DNA of 64,000 bases from Chloroflexota bacterium (GTDB lineage Bacteria; Chloroflexota; Dehalococcoidia; Dehalococcoidales; UBA2162): positions 8,909 to 72,908 of the forward strand of contig JAZDIU010000089.1 in NCBI GenBank assembly GCA_043804635.1. Reading direction: 5' to 3'. A program made the translations under genes and the position numbers. Below the pieces are notes generated by a model. It was not told the origin of the DNA, searched no databases, and worked only from the letters and a program-made list of their open reading frames with translations. Each line of letters begins with the position of its first letter. Position 1 is the first letter of the stretch. This document shows, piece by piece, positions 39,300 through 49,232 of this stretch.

Positions 39300-40022
39300 T
39301 TACGCATAACCGGCGGTAATCTTTTTCAGCTGTTCCACTGAAGGATTACTGTAGTAATCCTTATCGATGGCGACCACCGGTCCTAAAGCACAGCAGCCTA
39401 AGCAGTTTACCGTGGCTAAACTGAACTTTTGCTCCTGGTCGGTCTCTCCAGGTTTAATCTTGAGAACCTCCATAACCTTATCGAGGACTTTTGGGCCGCC
39501 CCGGACCTGGCAAGCAGTGCCGAGGCACACCTGAATCAAATGACGGCCCTTGGGGACAAGGCTGAATGCTTTATAGAATGTAGCGATGTGATAAATTTGA
39601 GGCCAGGGAATTCCCAATCTTTCGGCGACCCAAATAAGAGCCGGCCTAGGCAGCCAGTGATATTTGGCTTGAATATCCAGTAGTATCTGGATTAGAGCAT
39701 TTCTATCATGGTGGTGCTTTTCCAGTATTTTTTCGACGTCAGTCAGTTCCTGAACTAATTGCTCGATAGCCTCTTCCTTTTTCTTGATTTGTTTTAAGGC
39801 TTCGGCGTGGTGCATCGCTTCCGTTTGCAAATTTCTAAGCTCAAGGCTTAGCGGGCGCTGGTCAAGTCCATGCTTGTAATAATCGGTCAGTAGCTCCAGA
39901 CCTCTGACCAGAAGTTCGCTTTTACTCAGGTTAGCGTCCTGGCGCAATCGGGAAAGAATGCGGTTTTGCTCTTCACTGAGTCTGACTCCGGCATACTTGG
40001 GTTTGCTCTTGGTTTTCTTCAT
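39300..40022 (-). CDS. NuoE/HydC-like [2Fe-2S] subunit with N-terminal ribbon-helix-helix extension
   Basis: ATFY, VCLGTAC, CLGCCALGP; N-terminus YAGVRLSEEQ..L..L.....LSKSELLVRGL. Confidence 0.88.
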   Translation of the reverse strand: MKKTKSKPKYAGVRLSEEQNRILSRLRQDANLSKSELLVRGLELLTDYYKHGLDQRPLSLELRNLQTEAMHHAEALKQIKKKEEAIEQLVQELTDVEKILEKHHHDRNALIQILLDIQAKYHWLPRPALIWVAERLGIPWPQIYHIATFYKAFSLVPKGRHLIQVCLGTACQVRGGPKVLDKVMEVLKIKPGETDQEQKFSLATVNCLGCCALGPVVAIDKDYYSNPSVEQLKKITAGYA

Positions 40023-40169
40023 ATGGACCCCTTTGCCTTTTTGATGTTCTACCGTTTAACAACAATTATAGATTACTCTTTGAACGTAATTATTGTCAAT
40101 TCGGCAATCTTGAGCCAATAGTAGAGAAAACCTGTTCCCTACGGACTTCGTAATTTAATCCAAAAATGC

Positions 40170-40199
40170 TTGACAAACTTTTGTTATTAATGATAGGCT
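40170..40199 (+). promoter_or_regulatory. Sigma70 promoter for the zinc-ribbon genes
   Basis: TTGACA-18-TAGGCT with TG extension. Confidence 0.55.
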
Positions 40200-40248
40200 T
40201 TACTAGCAATCAATGAGTTTGAGTGCTAATCTAATTAGGTCGAGGTCA

Positions 40249-40464
40249 ATGAAAGAGGGTTTCATCGGCAAACGCTGCCCCAAGTGTGGCGGCAACATCT
40301 ATCTGGATAGAGACGAGTACGGATGGTACCAGAAGTGTCTCCAGTGTGGCTTCAATTGCGAACTGGAGAGTATCGTCGATGCCAGAGTGAGGGTAGTAAG
40401 GAGTAAGCTGGAAAAGCTCCCGGTAGAGGAAGAAACTGAATCTCCCGGGGCTTCTCTGGATTAA
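40249..40464 (+). CDS. Small zinc-ribbon protein
   Basis: CPKCGG...CLQCG; ATG 40249 after GAGG. Confidence 0.8.
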   Translation: MKEGFIGKRCPKCGGNIYLDRDEYGWYQKCLQCGFNCELESIVDARVRVVRSKLEKLPVEEETESPGASLD

Positions 40465-40470
40465 TAACTT

Positions 40471-40635
40471 ATGAAAACACTAGTGAAGAAAGTCTATTGC
40501 CCCTTTTGTCAAAAGCTGGTTGCCGGACGTGAGGAAAAAGCGAACGGCAACAGCCGTGTCCTGTGTTCCCGGTGCGGGAAGCCGGTATGGGTGCATGAGG
40601 GCATTAGCTGGCGGTATGTAGGGCGTGCTCCGTAA
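40471..40635 (+). CDS. 54-aa zinc-ribbon protein (below the ORF-track cutoff)
   Basis: Own translation MKTLVKKVYCPFCQKLV...VLCSRCGKPVW...RAP*. Confidence 0.7.
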   Translation: MKTLVKKVYCPFCQKLVAGREEKANGNSRVLCSRCGKPVWVHEGISWRYVGRAP

Positions 40636-40902
40636 CTTTTACTTGTCCGATATCGACTAAGTATTTCACTGGTTTGCCAAATCACTTGATAGCTAAATAG
40701 AATGAGGGACTTACTGACATTGTGTCAGTGGAGGTAATTGTTGTCTTTGTCACGTCTGGACTTTGACACAATTGGGGAAGAATAGGTAAAATATAAGTAG
40801 AGAATTTAATCCTCGCTTCAAGCATTTCGGATTTTACAGAAAATATGCCAAACGCAGCCACAGGTTTGTTTTCCATTCCATAGGTTAGGAGGTCTTTAAC
40901 TA

Positions 40903-41178
40903 ATGCCCGTTTATGAATACGAGTGTGAAAGTTGTTCCTGTCAATTCGAACTAAAGCAAAGCTTCACCGATGAATCGGTAGCTATATGCCCAAAGTGTAA
41001 GAAGCGTGCCCGCCGTATATTTGTACCCGTGCCGGTTATTTTTAAAGGTACTGGTTTTTATGTAACGGACAATAAGAGTGAAAATAGCACGCTCGGCAAA
41101 AAACTGAACAGTGAGAAACCCGCCCCCACAGCAAGTAAGGAAACGACGCCGAAGAAAGATTCTAAAAAGGCTGAGTAG
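40903..41178 (+). CDS. FmdB-family zinc-ribbon protein
   Basis: MPVYEYEC..C...CPKC...IFKGTGFYVTD; AGGAGG RBS. Confidence 0.92.
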   Translation: MPVYEYECESCSCQFELKQSFTDESVAICPKCKKRARRIFVPVPVIFKGTGFYVTDNKSENSTLGKKLNSEKPAPTASKETTPKKDSKKAE

Positions 41179-41180
41179 AT

Positions 41181-41828
41181 ATGCCTGAAGAGCTGGGAAA
41201 AATCGAAAGGCTTCCGGTCGATACGTTTAAAAAGGGAAGAAGATTGTACTTCGTTCCCCTGATTTACAGCAGTCCACGCGCCTCGTCTGAGTTCATCGTA
41301 ATATATAGCCGGTACTGGAACCAGGTTGAAAGCCAGGTTAGCGAGCTGGAACTAAAGCTTGGGAAAGTTAGCCGGGTGTACCACGAGTTGATCCCATTTG
41401 GCGGTGAGGATGGGGCTAAAGCGATAGAGGAGCTTAGCGAAAGAAGCTATAAGATTATCAAGGACAGGATAGCGAAAGGCGCCAGTCTTGAAGCAACCGA
41501 AGAGGCTGAAATATTATCGGAATTTATGGACTGGAGTAAATGCTTAATGGTAGGTTTGCAAAACCAGAAGGTGTTTACCAAACTTTACGAATTCTATACT
41601 GTCGCCAGTAATAAGAGAAACGAATATATCGCTAAACACCTGGCAGATAGTCTTGGAGCCGAAGAAATTGGGCTTCTATTTATGAGGGAAGGACATCAAA
41701 TTCAATTTCCTGCTGACATAGAGATTTTTTACGTTGCTCCGCCGGCTTTGGATGAGATTAAGCGCTGGCTGAGAGACCAGGAATCTAAAGCGCCGACAGA
41801 GGGTTCGAAAGCCGAGGAGGGCAGATGA
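41181..41828 (+). CDS. Hypothetical protein
   Basis: 215-aa ORF tightly coupled to both neighbours. Confidence 0.8.
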   Translation: MPEELGKIERLPVDTFKKGRRLYFVPLIYSSPRASSEFIVIYSRYWNQVESQVSELELKLGKVSRVYHELIPFGGEDGAKAIEELSERSYKIIKDRIAKGASLEATEEAEILSEFMDWSKCLMVGLQNQKVFTKLYEFYTVASNKRNEYIAKHLADSLGAEEIGLLFMREGHQIQFPADIEIFYVAPPALDEIKRWLRDQESKAPTEGSKAEEGR

Positions 41829-42586
41829 GCCGATTTATAGATAAGCTAAACCGGATGGCAAAAGGAATACCTCAGACGCTTGGCTTCAAAAGAGCGGCTG
41901 CGGACTCAACCAAGCCTAAAGTTCAGATCATCGTAGTTCCCTCAAAAGATGCTACCAACTTGGTCGTCGATGGTGCTGATGCCTTACTGCTGCGTATCTC
42001 GAGCTCTAGTTCAATCAAGAAATTGCTGGATAAGGTATCTGGAGAGAATGTTATATGGGGCGGCTGGCTGGAGGGTGGTACTCAGATAAACACCGAAGAG
42101 CTGGTAAAGGCGGGATGCGATTTTCTGGTATTTTCTGCCGATACTCCGGTGACGGCAATCCAAAACGAAGAAATCGGTAAGATATTAGAAGTGGAAGCCT
42201 CGCTGAGCGAGGGGATGCTGAGGGCAGTCAGTGGGTTACCGGTCGATGCCGTTCTTATCGACACGGAAGCTAAGGAAGGGCATCCGTTTACCTGGCAGAA
42301 TCTTATAACTCTACAGCGACATTCGGATTTCGTAGGCAAGCCTCTATTGACGCCGGTAGCTCAAGATGTGACCGGCGATGAACTTAAAGCTTTATGGAAA
42401 GCCGGCATCGATGGTATTATTGTGGAAACAGACCGCGAATCCGGCAGAATCAAAGAACTACGTCAGTTAATCGACAGTCTTGACTTTCCCTGGCCGCGCC
42501 GCCGGCAAAAGACAGAAGCAATATTACCACGGACTGCCGGACTGACAGCCCCACCGGCTCACGATGAAGAAGAGGAAGAAGAGTAA
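41825..42586 (+). CDS. Hypothetical TIM-barrel-like (HpcH/aldolase-like) protein with acidic tail
   Basis: Alternating beta/alpha pattern, GCDFLVF, VDAVLID, GIDGII. Confidence 0.6.
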   Translation: MSRFIDKLNRMAKGIPQTLGFKRAAADSTKPKVQIIVVPSKDATNLVVDGADALLLRISSSSSIKKLLDKVSGENVIWGGWLEGGTQINTEELVKAGCDFLVFSADTPVTAIQNEEIGKILEVEASLSEGMLRAVSGLPVDAVLIDTEAKEGHPFTWQNLITLQRHSDFVGKPLLTPVAQDVTGDELKALWKAGIDGIIVETDRESGRIKELRQLIDSLDFPWPRRRQKTEAILPRTAGLTAPPAHDEEEEEE

Positions 42587-42593
42587 CCTTCTT

Positions 42594-43745
42594 TTATTGC
42601 TGTGCCATCTGCCAGGATTTGCCTTCGGTCGTTATTGCCGGAGCAATCACCATCTCAACCTGATGCATATCTCTGATGGTGGCTGCACCGCAAAAACCCA
42701 TCGCCGTCCGCAAAGCCCCGACTAGGTTCTGACTGCCATCGGTAACCGAGCTGGGACCAAATAGAATTTGCTTGAGTGAAGCGGTAGTGCCGACTTTTAT
42801 CCGCGTCCCCCGAGGGAGTGCCGGGTTTGGCTGGGACATGCCCCAATGATAGCCGAGTCCGGGGGCTTCTTTAGTCTGAGCCATAATAGAGCCGAGCATC
42901 ACGGCGTCAGCACCGGCAACAATTGCTTTACATATATCGCCGCTCTTACGAAAGCCGCCATCGGTAATTATAGGAACGTAGCGCCCAGACTCTCTTAAAT
43001 AGGCCTCTCTGGCTGCAGCACAGTCTATAGTAGCGGTTATCTGGGGAACACCGACTCCAAGGACCTCCCGGCTGGTACAAGCCGCGCCGGGTCCGACACC
43101 CACCAAGACCCCAGAGATCCCCGTCCTCATTAAATCCAGACACGCGCTATAGCTCACGCAGTTACCAACGACGATTGGTTTTGGAATGGATTTACTGAGT
43201 TCGGAGAAGTCCAGTCCTCGATAGCTCTTGGATACGTGACGGGTAGTGGTTACCGTAGCCTGGATGACGATAATATCGGCTCCAGCTTCGGCAGCCAGCG
43301 GAGCCAGCCGTTTGGCATTAGCCGGTGAAACCGAGACGGCACAAATTGCCCTCTTATTCTTAATAGCTTTGACCCGTTCGCCGACGAGATTATCTTTAAT
43401 CGGCTCGGTGTAAACTTTCTGCAATAGAGTTGTTATTTCAGTCTTTGATGCCTGGGTAATTTTGGATAATAGCTCACCAGGTTTTTCATAGCGGGTTTGC
43501 ACGCCGTCCAGATTGAGAACGGCAAGTCCGCCCAGTGTGTTCATAATGACGGCGAATTTAACATCGGTCACAGCATCCATTGCTGCCGCCAGGATTGGGA
43601 TAGCGAAGGTATTATCTTCTATCTTAAACTCAATGTTGGTCTGGTCGGGATTGATGGTAACGTCTCCCGGAACGATAGCAACTTCATCGAAGCCATAAGA
43701 GCGCCTGAGCTGTTTGAATTCTGGGGTTGATTTTTTGTTTGCCAT
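42594..43745 (-). CDS. guaB3: GuaB3-family IMP dehydrogenase-related protein
   Basis: [30 protein letters not shown]; no CBS domains. Confidence 0.9.
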   Translation of the reverse strand: MANKKSTPEFKQLRRSYGFDEVAIVPGDVTINPDQTNIEFKIEDNTFAIPILAAAMDAVTDVKFAVIMNTLGGLAVLNLDGVQTRYEKPGELLSKITQASKTEITTLLQKVYTEPIKDNLVGERVKAIKNKRAICAVSVSPANAKRLAPLAAEAGADIIVIQATVTTTRHVSKSYRGLDFSELSKSIPKPIVVGNCVSYSACLDLMRTGISGVLVGVGPGAACTSREVLGVGVPQITATIDCAAAREAYLRESGRYVPIITDGGFRKSGDICKAIVAGADAVMLGSIMAQTKEAPGLGYHWGMSQPNPALPRGTRIKVGTTASLKQILFGPSSVTDGSQNLVGALRTAMGFCGAATIRDMHQVEMVIAPAITTEGKSWQMAQQ

Positions 43746-43819
43746 AGTAAACTAGCACTATAACAAAAGTGGGAACTTAAAGTCAAGAAAAATATTGGGC
43801 TCCAAAAAGCGGGTCAGCT

Positions 43820-45148
43820 TTAGCCCATCATCTTGCTTGGCAGCCAGGTAACTATGATGGGAAATTGAACCATCAACACCATTAGGATAGCCGTCGCCAC
43901 GTAGAAGGGGAGAGCACCTTTGATAACTTCGATAGTGGGACAGCCGTCAAGCATCTGGGTGATATAAAGAATAGGTGCGAATGGTGGTGTTAATACTGCT
44001 AATTGAAATAGCACCACACTTAGTGTTCCAAACCAGACACCGACCATTGGCGGCGCGCCCGCTACATGGCTCAGCACCGGGTAAAAGAGAGGGATAAATA
44101 GTATTGCCATAGCATAGGTATCCAGAACCATACCGGCAATGATAAAGATGAAGATGATAATATAGGCTAGCGGAACAAAAGTGAGACCGGCAGCCTCTAC
44201 CATTTCAATTATCGCCATGTGAAGCCGGGACTGTGCTATGGTGCCGGTGAAGAGAAAGGCACCCACAAGAATGATGAGAATCATTCCGGACGTCCTCGAG
44301 GAGCCAATTATGGCTTCTCTGAAACCATTCCAGGATAGACGGCGGTACGCCAGACAGACAATCAATACGGTGACCGCACCAATCCCGGCGGCTTCAGTGG
44401 GACTGAACCATCCCAGGTAAATACCACCAACCAGAACGAGGAAGATTATGATAATAGGGATAAGCAAAAAGGTGCTTCTAAATCTTTCTCCCCAGGTGAA
44501 ATGTACATCTTGAGGCAGCATAGGCGCTATATTCGGTCTGATGCTGACCCAGACATAGATGACCGCGGAAAAGAGTATGGTCAGAATAATGCCGGGGATG
44601 ATACCGGCGATAAGAATTCTGCCGACGGACTCTTCGGTCAGGATGGCGTAAACGACGGCGATCGTGCTGGGCGGGATTAAATTAGAGAGCATTGAGCCCG
44701 AGGCTATGGAGCCTGTTCTTAAGGCGGCGCTGTAACCGTAGCGCTTCATTTCGGGTAAGCCGACACCGCCGATAGTAACAACGGCGGCAAGTGCGGAACC
44801 GGTTACCGCGCCGAAGAAAGCGTTAGCGAATATGGAAACTATTGCCAGACTGCCTTTCATCCTGGAGAACCATCTCATACAAGCGTCATAGGCGTCCTTT
44901 CCCAAACCGGCATGCTCAACCCAGACTCCCATCAAAATAAAGAGCGGAATCATTGACATATCGTAGTGATAGCTGCGGGACCAAACAATGCCGCCGAGCT
45001 GAATTATGGCGCGGGTGTCTCCGTAGTAAAGTACGGAAAAAACCCAGCCCAGCGTACCGAGGACGAGAAAAATGTGCATCCCGACCATGCACAGGGAGCA
45101 CAAAAGCACGATCTCGATGACGCCCCATACCCAGTTTGCCTCTATCAT
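43820..45148 (-). CDS. dctM: TRAP transporter large permease, copy 1
   Basis: IPLFILMG, GS..A, LIPPS, G.FSPTEAA, LTPP. Confidence 0.93.
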   Translation of the reverse strand: MIEANWVWGVIEIVLLCSLCMVGMHIFLVLGTLGWVFSVLYYGDTRAIIQLGGIVWSRSYHYDMSMIPLFILMGVWVEHAGLGKDAYDACMRWFSRMKGSLAIVSIFANAFFGAVTGSALAAVVTIGGVGLPEMKRYGYSAALRTGSIASGSMLSNLIPPSTIAVVYAILTEESVGRILIAGIIPGIILTILFSAVIYVWVSIRPNIAPMLPQDVHFTWGERFRSTFLLIPIIIIFLVLVGGIYLGWFSPTEAAGIGAVTVLIVCLAYRRLSWNGFREAIIGSSRTSGMILIILVGAFLFTGTIAQSRLHMAIIEMVEAAGLTFVPLAYIIIFIFIIAGMVLDTYAMAILFIPLFYPVLSHVAGAPPMVGVWFGTLSVVLFQLAVLTPPFAPILYITQMLDGCPTIEVIKGALPFYVATAILMVLMVQFPIIVTWLPSKMMG

Positions 45149-45168
45149 ACTCTAAGTTTGCCTCACTA

Positions 45169-45729
45169 CTATTGTTTCTGAAGATAGGACTCACGGGCAA
45201 ACTTCTTGCCCATGGCTTTACTGACCAGCCCGATAACAGACCTCAGAAAGACAAGACAAGCGTGAGCCGCCACCACATAAAGAACGACCATAAAAGGATA
45301 TAGCTTTATATGATTAAGCGGCGTTTCTGCCCCTATAACGTTATGCAAACGTGCCTGGATAAATACCCCCCAAACAATAAGAGCGAAATAAACGGCAGCT
45401 AACAATGCCCAGAGCGCATCCAAAGCTGCTCTGGGTCTCTCCTTCATTATGTCTCTGACTATGCCCACACGTACATGCCCAGCAGTATACCAAACGTAGC
45501 TAACAGTGCAGATAGTCAGAACAACCATTGCCAGTTGGGTGATTTCATAGCCGCCGGCAAATCCAGCCCCCATCTTCAATCCCAAAGCCACGAGCAGCTT
45601 ACGGAAAGTCACCACAGTAAAATTGACCACCATCATAACAAGTAAGGCAATTCCGCCGACTATTAATAGCCATCGCGAAGCCTTATAGAGGAATATCTCG
45701 GAATACCATTTGCCTAGCTTGCTTAGCAT
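45169..45729 (-). CDS. dctQ: TRAP transporter small permease, copy 1
   Basis: Four TM helices, YEITQ, GHVRV. Confidence 0.85.
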   Translation of the reverse strand: MLSKLGKWYSEIFLYKASRWLLIVGGIALLVMMVVNFTVVTFRKLLVALGLKMGAGFAGGYEITQLAMVVLTICTVSYVWYTAGHVRVGIVRDIMKERPRAALDALWALLAAVYFALIVWGVFIQARLHNVIGAETPLNHIKLYPFMVVLYVVAAHACLVFLRSVIGLVSKAMGKKFARESYLQKQ

Positions 45730-45797
45730 TTATGCTCCAATATAATTTGCAGGCATCGTTTCAAGGTCATTAACCTTTGGCATTCAATGGGTAGTAT

Positions 45798-45834
45798 AAA
45801 AGGCGGAGGTTGAGAAGTTCAACCTCCGCCTTTT
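45798..45834. terminator. Hairpin between dctP1 and dctQ1
   Basis: aaaaggcggaggttga-gaagt-tcaacctccgcctttt. Confidence 0.8.
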
Positions 45835-45836
45835 GA

Positions 45837-47171
45837 TTATTTAGACCAGGCCTGGAATTTATCACCCTCGAGCTTGTGTCCCCCGATGGGTCCCACCTGG
45901 TTCGGATAAGTTTTGTATCCTTTACCCCAGTTGCTGTCCGGCTGACCCCAGGACTTTTGCCATTTCGCCACATCCTTGCCGCTGAAAGGATGTTCCGCCT
46001 CTAACTGAGCCGGCTCCTCATATATAGCAAGAGCATTTTTAAAGACCTTAATCAGCTCCGCCGCTTCGGCACCCCGCTTATACTTGGACTCCATTTCTGC
46101 TACCCAGGTATCAGCCATCTTGTTCTTTATTTGTTGGAACTTGGCTTTCTCTTCGGCGGACCAGACAATACTGTAATCTACTCCTCGGGCTTGACCTATC
46201 GCCTTATAAACTGGGTCCTGAAGTTGATCCTGTGTGGTGTTATATAGAGAACCCCAGTAAAACAGGGCTTCCTCCATTGGGCCCAGGATGTCTTTAGGAA
46301 TGCTGTTATACTTGGCGCGGTTCATCAGGAAGTTCATCGAGTTGCTGGCTGCCATCATAGTGCCGCCGGAATCGATAAAATAGCCCGGTTTGAAGGCGTC
46401 CTGGTAGCCAAAAAGCCAGGGACCTACTTTGGTCCACGACCAGCCGTCAGCTACCCCCTTTGCCAGGGCATCATAACCCTGAACAAGAGAGATGGGGACC
46501 ACTATCCCGCCCAACTCTGTAATCAGCCTGGTTTCCCACACCTTGGTGGACATAAAGGTCTCTCCTTTTATGTCAGCAAGGCTTCGAAGAGGCTTCCTGG
46601 CGGTAGCGAAATCGTAGAGTTCAAGAGCGAGAGGAGCCAGGTCGATGAGGCCCATTGCCTCCATATCTTTATCGAAGGGTTTCCACAAATAGAACCAGTG
46701 AATCATAAGTTGTTCTTGGCCGCTCAAAGGACTCTTGAATTCCCCCAGGGAGGGTAAACTTCCCCCGTCCATCAACGGAAAAATTCCGGGGGTAATCCGG
46801 GATGAGTAACCCGCGTCAGCCAGACCCTGGCTAATAGAGACTTCAGCCACGGATAGCGGGAACAATGATTCAGAGGGATAGGTCTCAAACTTAATTCGGC
46901 CGTTCGTTACTGCCTCAACAGCCTTTATCCATCTTATGTACAGGCATAACTCTTTATCCGTATCATAGTAGTTACCGGTGCGGTGGGCACGCTGGTCGGC
47001 ATACTTAATTACAATTGGTTTGAATGCCGTCGTTGGTGTAGTTGGAGTAGTGGGAGTGGTAGGTGTTGTGGGTGTAGTTGGTGTAGTTGGTGTGGATGGC
47101 GTGCATCCGATTATACCGGGGAGGAAGGAAACTAGAACGAGCAATGCCACGATTATACTGAGTTTCTTCAT
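45837..47171 (-). CDS. dctP: TRAP solute-binding lipoprotein with PTT linker, copy 1
   Basis: Lipobox-like IIGC, (PTT)n, TNGRIKF..YP, YDALAKGVADG. Confidence 0.85.
   Translation of the reverse strand: MKKLSIIVALLVLVSFLPGIIGCTPSTPTTPTTPTTPTTPTTPTTPTTAFKPIVIKYADQRAHRTGNYYDTDKELCLYIRWIKAVEAVTNGRIKFETYPSESLFPLSVAEVSISQGLADAGYSSRITPGIFPLMDGGSLPSLGEFKSPLSGQEQLMIHWFYLWKPFDKDMEAMGLIDLAPLALELYDFATARKPLRSLADIKGETFMSTKVWETRLITELGGIVVPISLVQGYDALAKGVADGWSWTKVGPWLFGYQDAFKPGYFIDSGGTMMAASNSMNFLMNRAKYNSIPKDILGPMEEALFYWGSLYNTTQDQLQDPVYKAIGQARGVDYSIVWSAEEKAKFQQIKNKMADTWVAEMESKYKRGAEAAELIKVFKNALAIYEEPAQLEAEHPFSGKDVAKWQKSWGQPDSNWGKGYKTYPNQVGPIGGHKLEGDKFQAWSK
47031..47102 (-). repeat. 9-bp tandem repeat encoding (PTT)n
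   Basis: About 8 units with synonymous variation. Confidence 0.85.
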
Positions 47172-47241
47172 TCAAACACCTCCTCAAGCGCTAATCAGGT
47201 AAAAGTATTATATCACCATTGTCAAGCCTGAAATAGGGGGT

Positions 47242-48195
47242 TTATGGCTTTATGACTTTAATATCCTCCATATATTTCTTCATCTTTGATTTAATCTCCG
47301 ACTTCTTTTCGATAATAAGTGTGTTATGTTTTCGTATTCCCTCATCATCATGCCGTTTTCTGCCGGCGGGGCCTGCATACGGACTTGGCCGGTTCACCGG
47401 GTCGCAAACAAAAGTGGGGACTCCGTTTTTAATTTCCATCGTGCCCTTCATATAGCACATCGGGCACTCTACGGTCTTCCCACGCAGCCTCACCAGGTCC
47501 GAGTGGCAGACGGGACAAGCTTCAAAGAACGGGGTGATTTGTGACATAAGGTAATAATCGCTGCGAGTAAAATCATCTAATTTTTTAAAGGCATCGCCCA
47601 TAAATTTCATGTCGGAGGTAGGCAGCTTTGCTGCCTTAGCGACGCTTTGGCCTAACTTTCTAGCTCTCGCAACCGCTTCTTCGTTCAGGACAATCTGGTC
47701 GGGCCGGGATGTCCAGATTACCATCATCTGTTCGACAAGTTTACCAACCCCGCCGCCCGGACAACGATTTAAGAAAGGAAGCATCACCCCGACCATATCG
47801 CTGCCTCCAACGGCAATGACACCTTTGGCTAATTGTTTTTCCGCGATTTTCTTCCGATGTCTCACCGGGAGCCCCAAAAACCGGTCTTGTATCATCAGTA
47901 AATAAGCAGGCGGCCTGGAAGAATAGCAGGGTGCTCCTACAATAATTCCGTCATTTTCCATGATTTTTTCTATCAGAAAAGGAACGTCATCGTTTTTAAT
48001 AATGCAGCCACCCTCACCGCCCTCGAACCGGTCGTAGACGCACTTTTCGCAGCCGATGCAGGGTTTGATATTGAGGTCGAACAATCTGATAATTTCAGTA
48101 TCCGCCCCGGCTTCCCGTGCTCCCATTAACGCTTCTCTGACCAATACCTCTGAGTTGCCCATTTTTCTGCCGCAAGTTAATCCCAATATTTTCAT
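47242..48195 (-). CDS. Flavodoxin-like / iron-sulfur flavoprotein family protein
   Basis: GRKMGNSE, PCIGCEKC, GAPCY; C-terminal CPVC..CPMC. Confidence 0.8.
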   Translation of the reverse strand: MKILGLTCGRKMGNSEVLVREALMGAREAGADTEIIRLFDLNIKPCIGCEKCVYDRFEGGEGGCIIKNDDVPFLIEKIMENDGIIVGAPCYSSRPPAYLLMIQDRFLGLPVRHRKKIAEKQLAKGVIAVGGSDMVGVMLPFLNRCPGGGVGKLVEQMMVIWTSRPDQIVLNEEAVARARKLGQSVAKAAKLPTSDMKFMGDAFKKLDDFTRSDYYLMSQITPFFEACPVCHSDLVRLRGKTVECPMCYMKGTMEIKNGVPTFVCDPVNRPSPYAGPAGRKRHDDEGIRKHNTLIIEKKSEIKSKMKKYMEDIKVIKP

Positions 48196-48375
48196 ATTCT
48201 AAGCTCCTCAAATCCTTTTTCAGGAACCTAAACTTAGACATACTTTAGCATAATAAAGGATATTGTCAAATGCTATCTCTCTCTGGAATCCTTTCTGTTT
48301 TTGAGTATCCTTTTTTCTTTATGAGGATATGTGCGCTATAATCTAACCGAAAGTACCAGTAATGGATGATTCATT

Positions 48376-49182
48376 ATGGTGATGCCTGCTCTCGAGAAAA
48401 TGCAGTGCAAGGTCTGCGGTTCACACCTTACTGTAAGGTATGGCAAAATCAAGGGCGTTCAGAGGTGGAAGTGCAAACTATGCGGCAGAAACTTCCTGGA
48501 CAACAAAGCCCGCTACCACATGAAAACGCCGGCTGACCAGGTCGCCGCCGCCATTCGCATGCATTACGACGGACTCAGTTTGAACTTCATTCGTAAGCAA
48601 ATTGAACAAGAACTCAATTATTGCCCTTCTATTTCCACAGTCTATAAATGGATAGGCAAATATAGTCGTACTGCATGTGCCAGGAACCAGAACTGCCATC
48701 CGAAGGTTGGTGATATATGGATTGCGGATGAGACCAGCTTAGTAATTGACGGGAAACCGGTCTGGATTTGGGATATCATAGATAAAGGGACATCCTTCCT
48801 ACTGGCCTCACATGTTTCCAAGAACCGGGGTGTCCGCGATATCCGAGCTCTGATTGAAAAGGCGTTAGAAAAGGCGGCAAAAACTCCAAAGGGGATTGTT
48901 GCCGATAGGCTTGCACCATTATTAATTGAAGCGACAAGCTACCCGTTCAAAGTTGAAAAGTCAGGCAGGGAGATGGCGTACTTTCACTCTATTCTCCAGT
49001 GGCGTACCGACCTGATGCGATACCTGAAGCAGTTCGATAAAGTGGTTGAATTTGTTGACGGGTGGCCTATTTACTATAACTACTTTCGGCCGCAGGAATC
49101 TCTGAAGGGCAAGACACCCTCTGAAGTCGCGAACATCAGGTTTGTTACCTACCAGGAGGGCGGTGAGCTTATTGAAGCTTAG
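48376..49182 (+). mobile_element. IS6/IS1-like zinc-ribbon-HTH-DDE protein, probably catalytically degenerate
   Basis: CKVCGS..G....QRWKCKLC, WIADET, IVAD, YNYFRP..SL.GKTP; expected IER is MAY; no terminal IRs seen. Confidence 0.75.
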
Positions 49183-49232
49183 AGCGATTTTCTGAAAAGG
49201 AAATTGAAACGCTGAAAACTGCAGTTTTAGTG

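Noticed and set aside
36656..40022. Respiratory complex I or [FeFe]-hydrogenase
   Set aside because: No membrane nuo genes and no H-cluster motifs.
46978..47202. (VVG)n ORF
   Set aside because: Antisense reading of the PTT linker repeat of dctP.
48300..49232. Active IS6 element that caused the TRAP duplication
   Set aside because: No IRs or TSD seen, the catalytic Glu is apparently missing, and the TRAP paralogs are anciently diverged.
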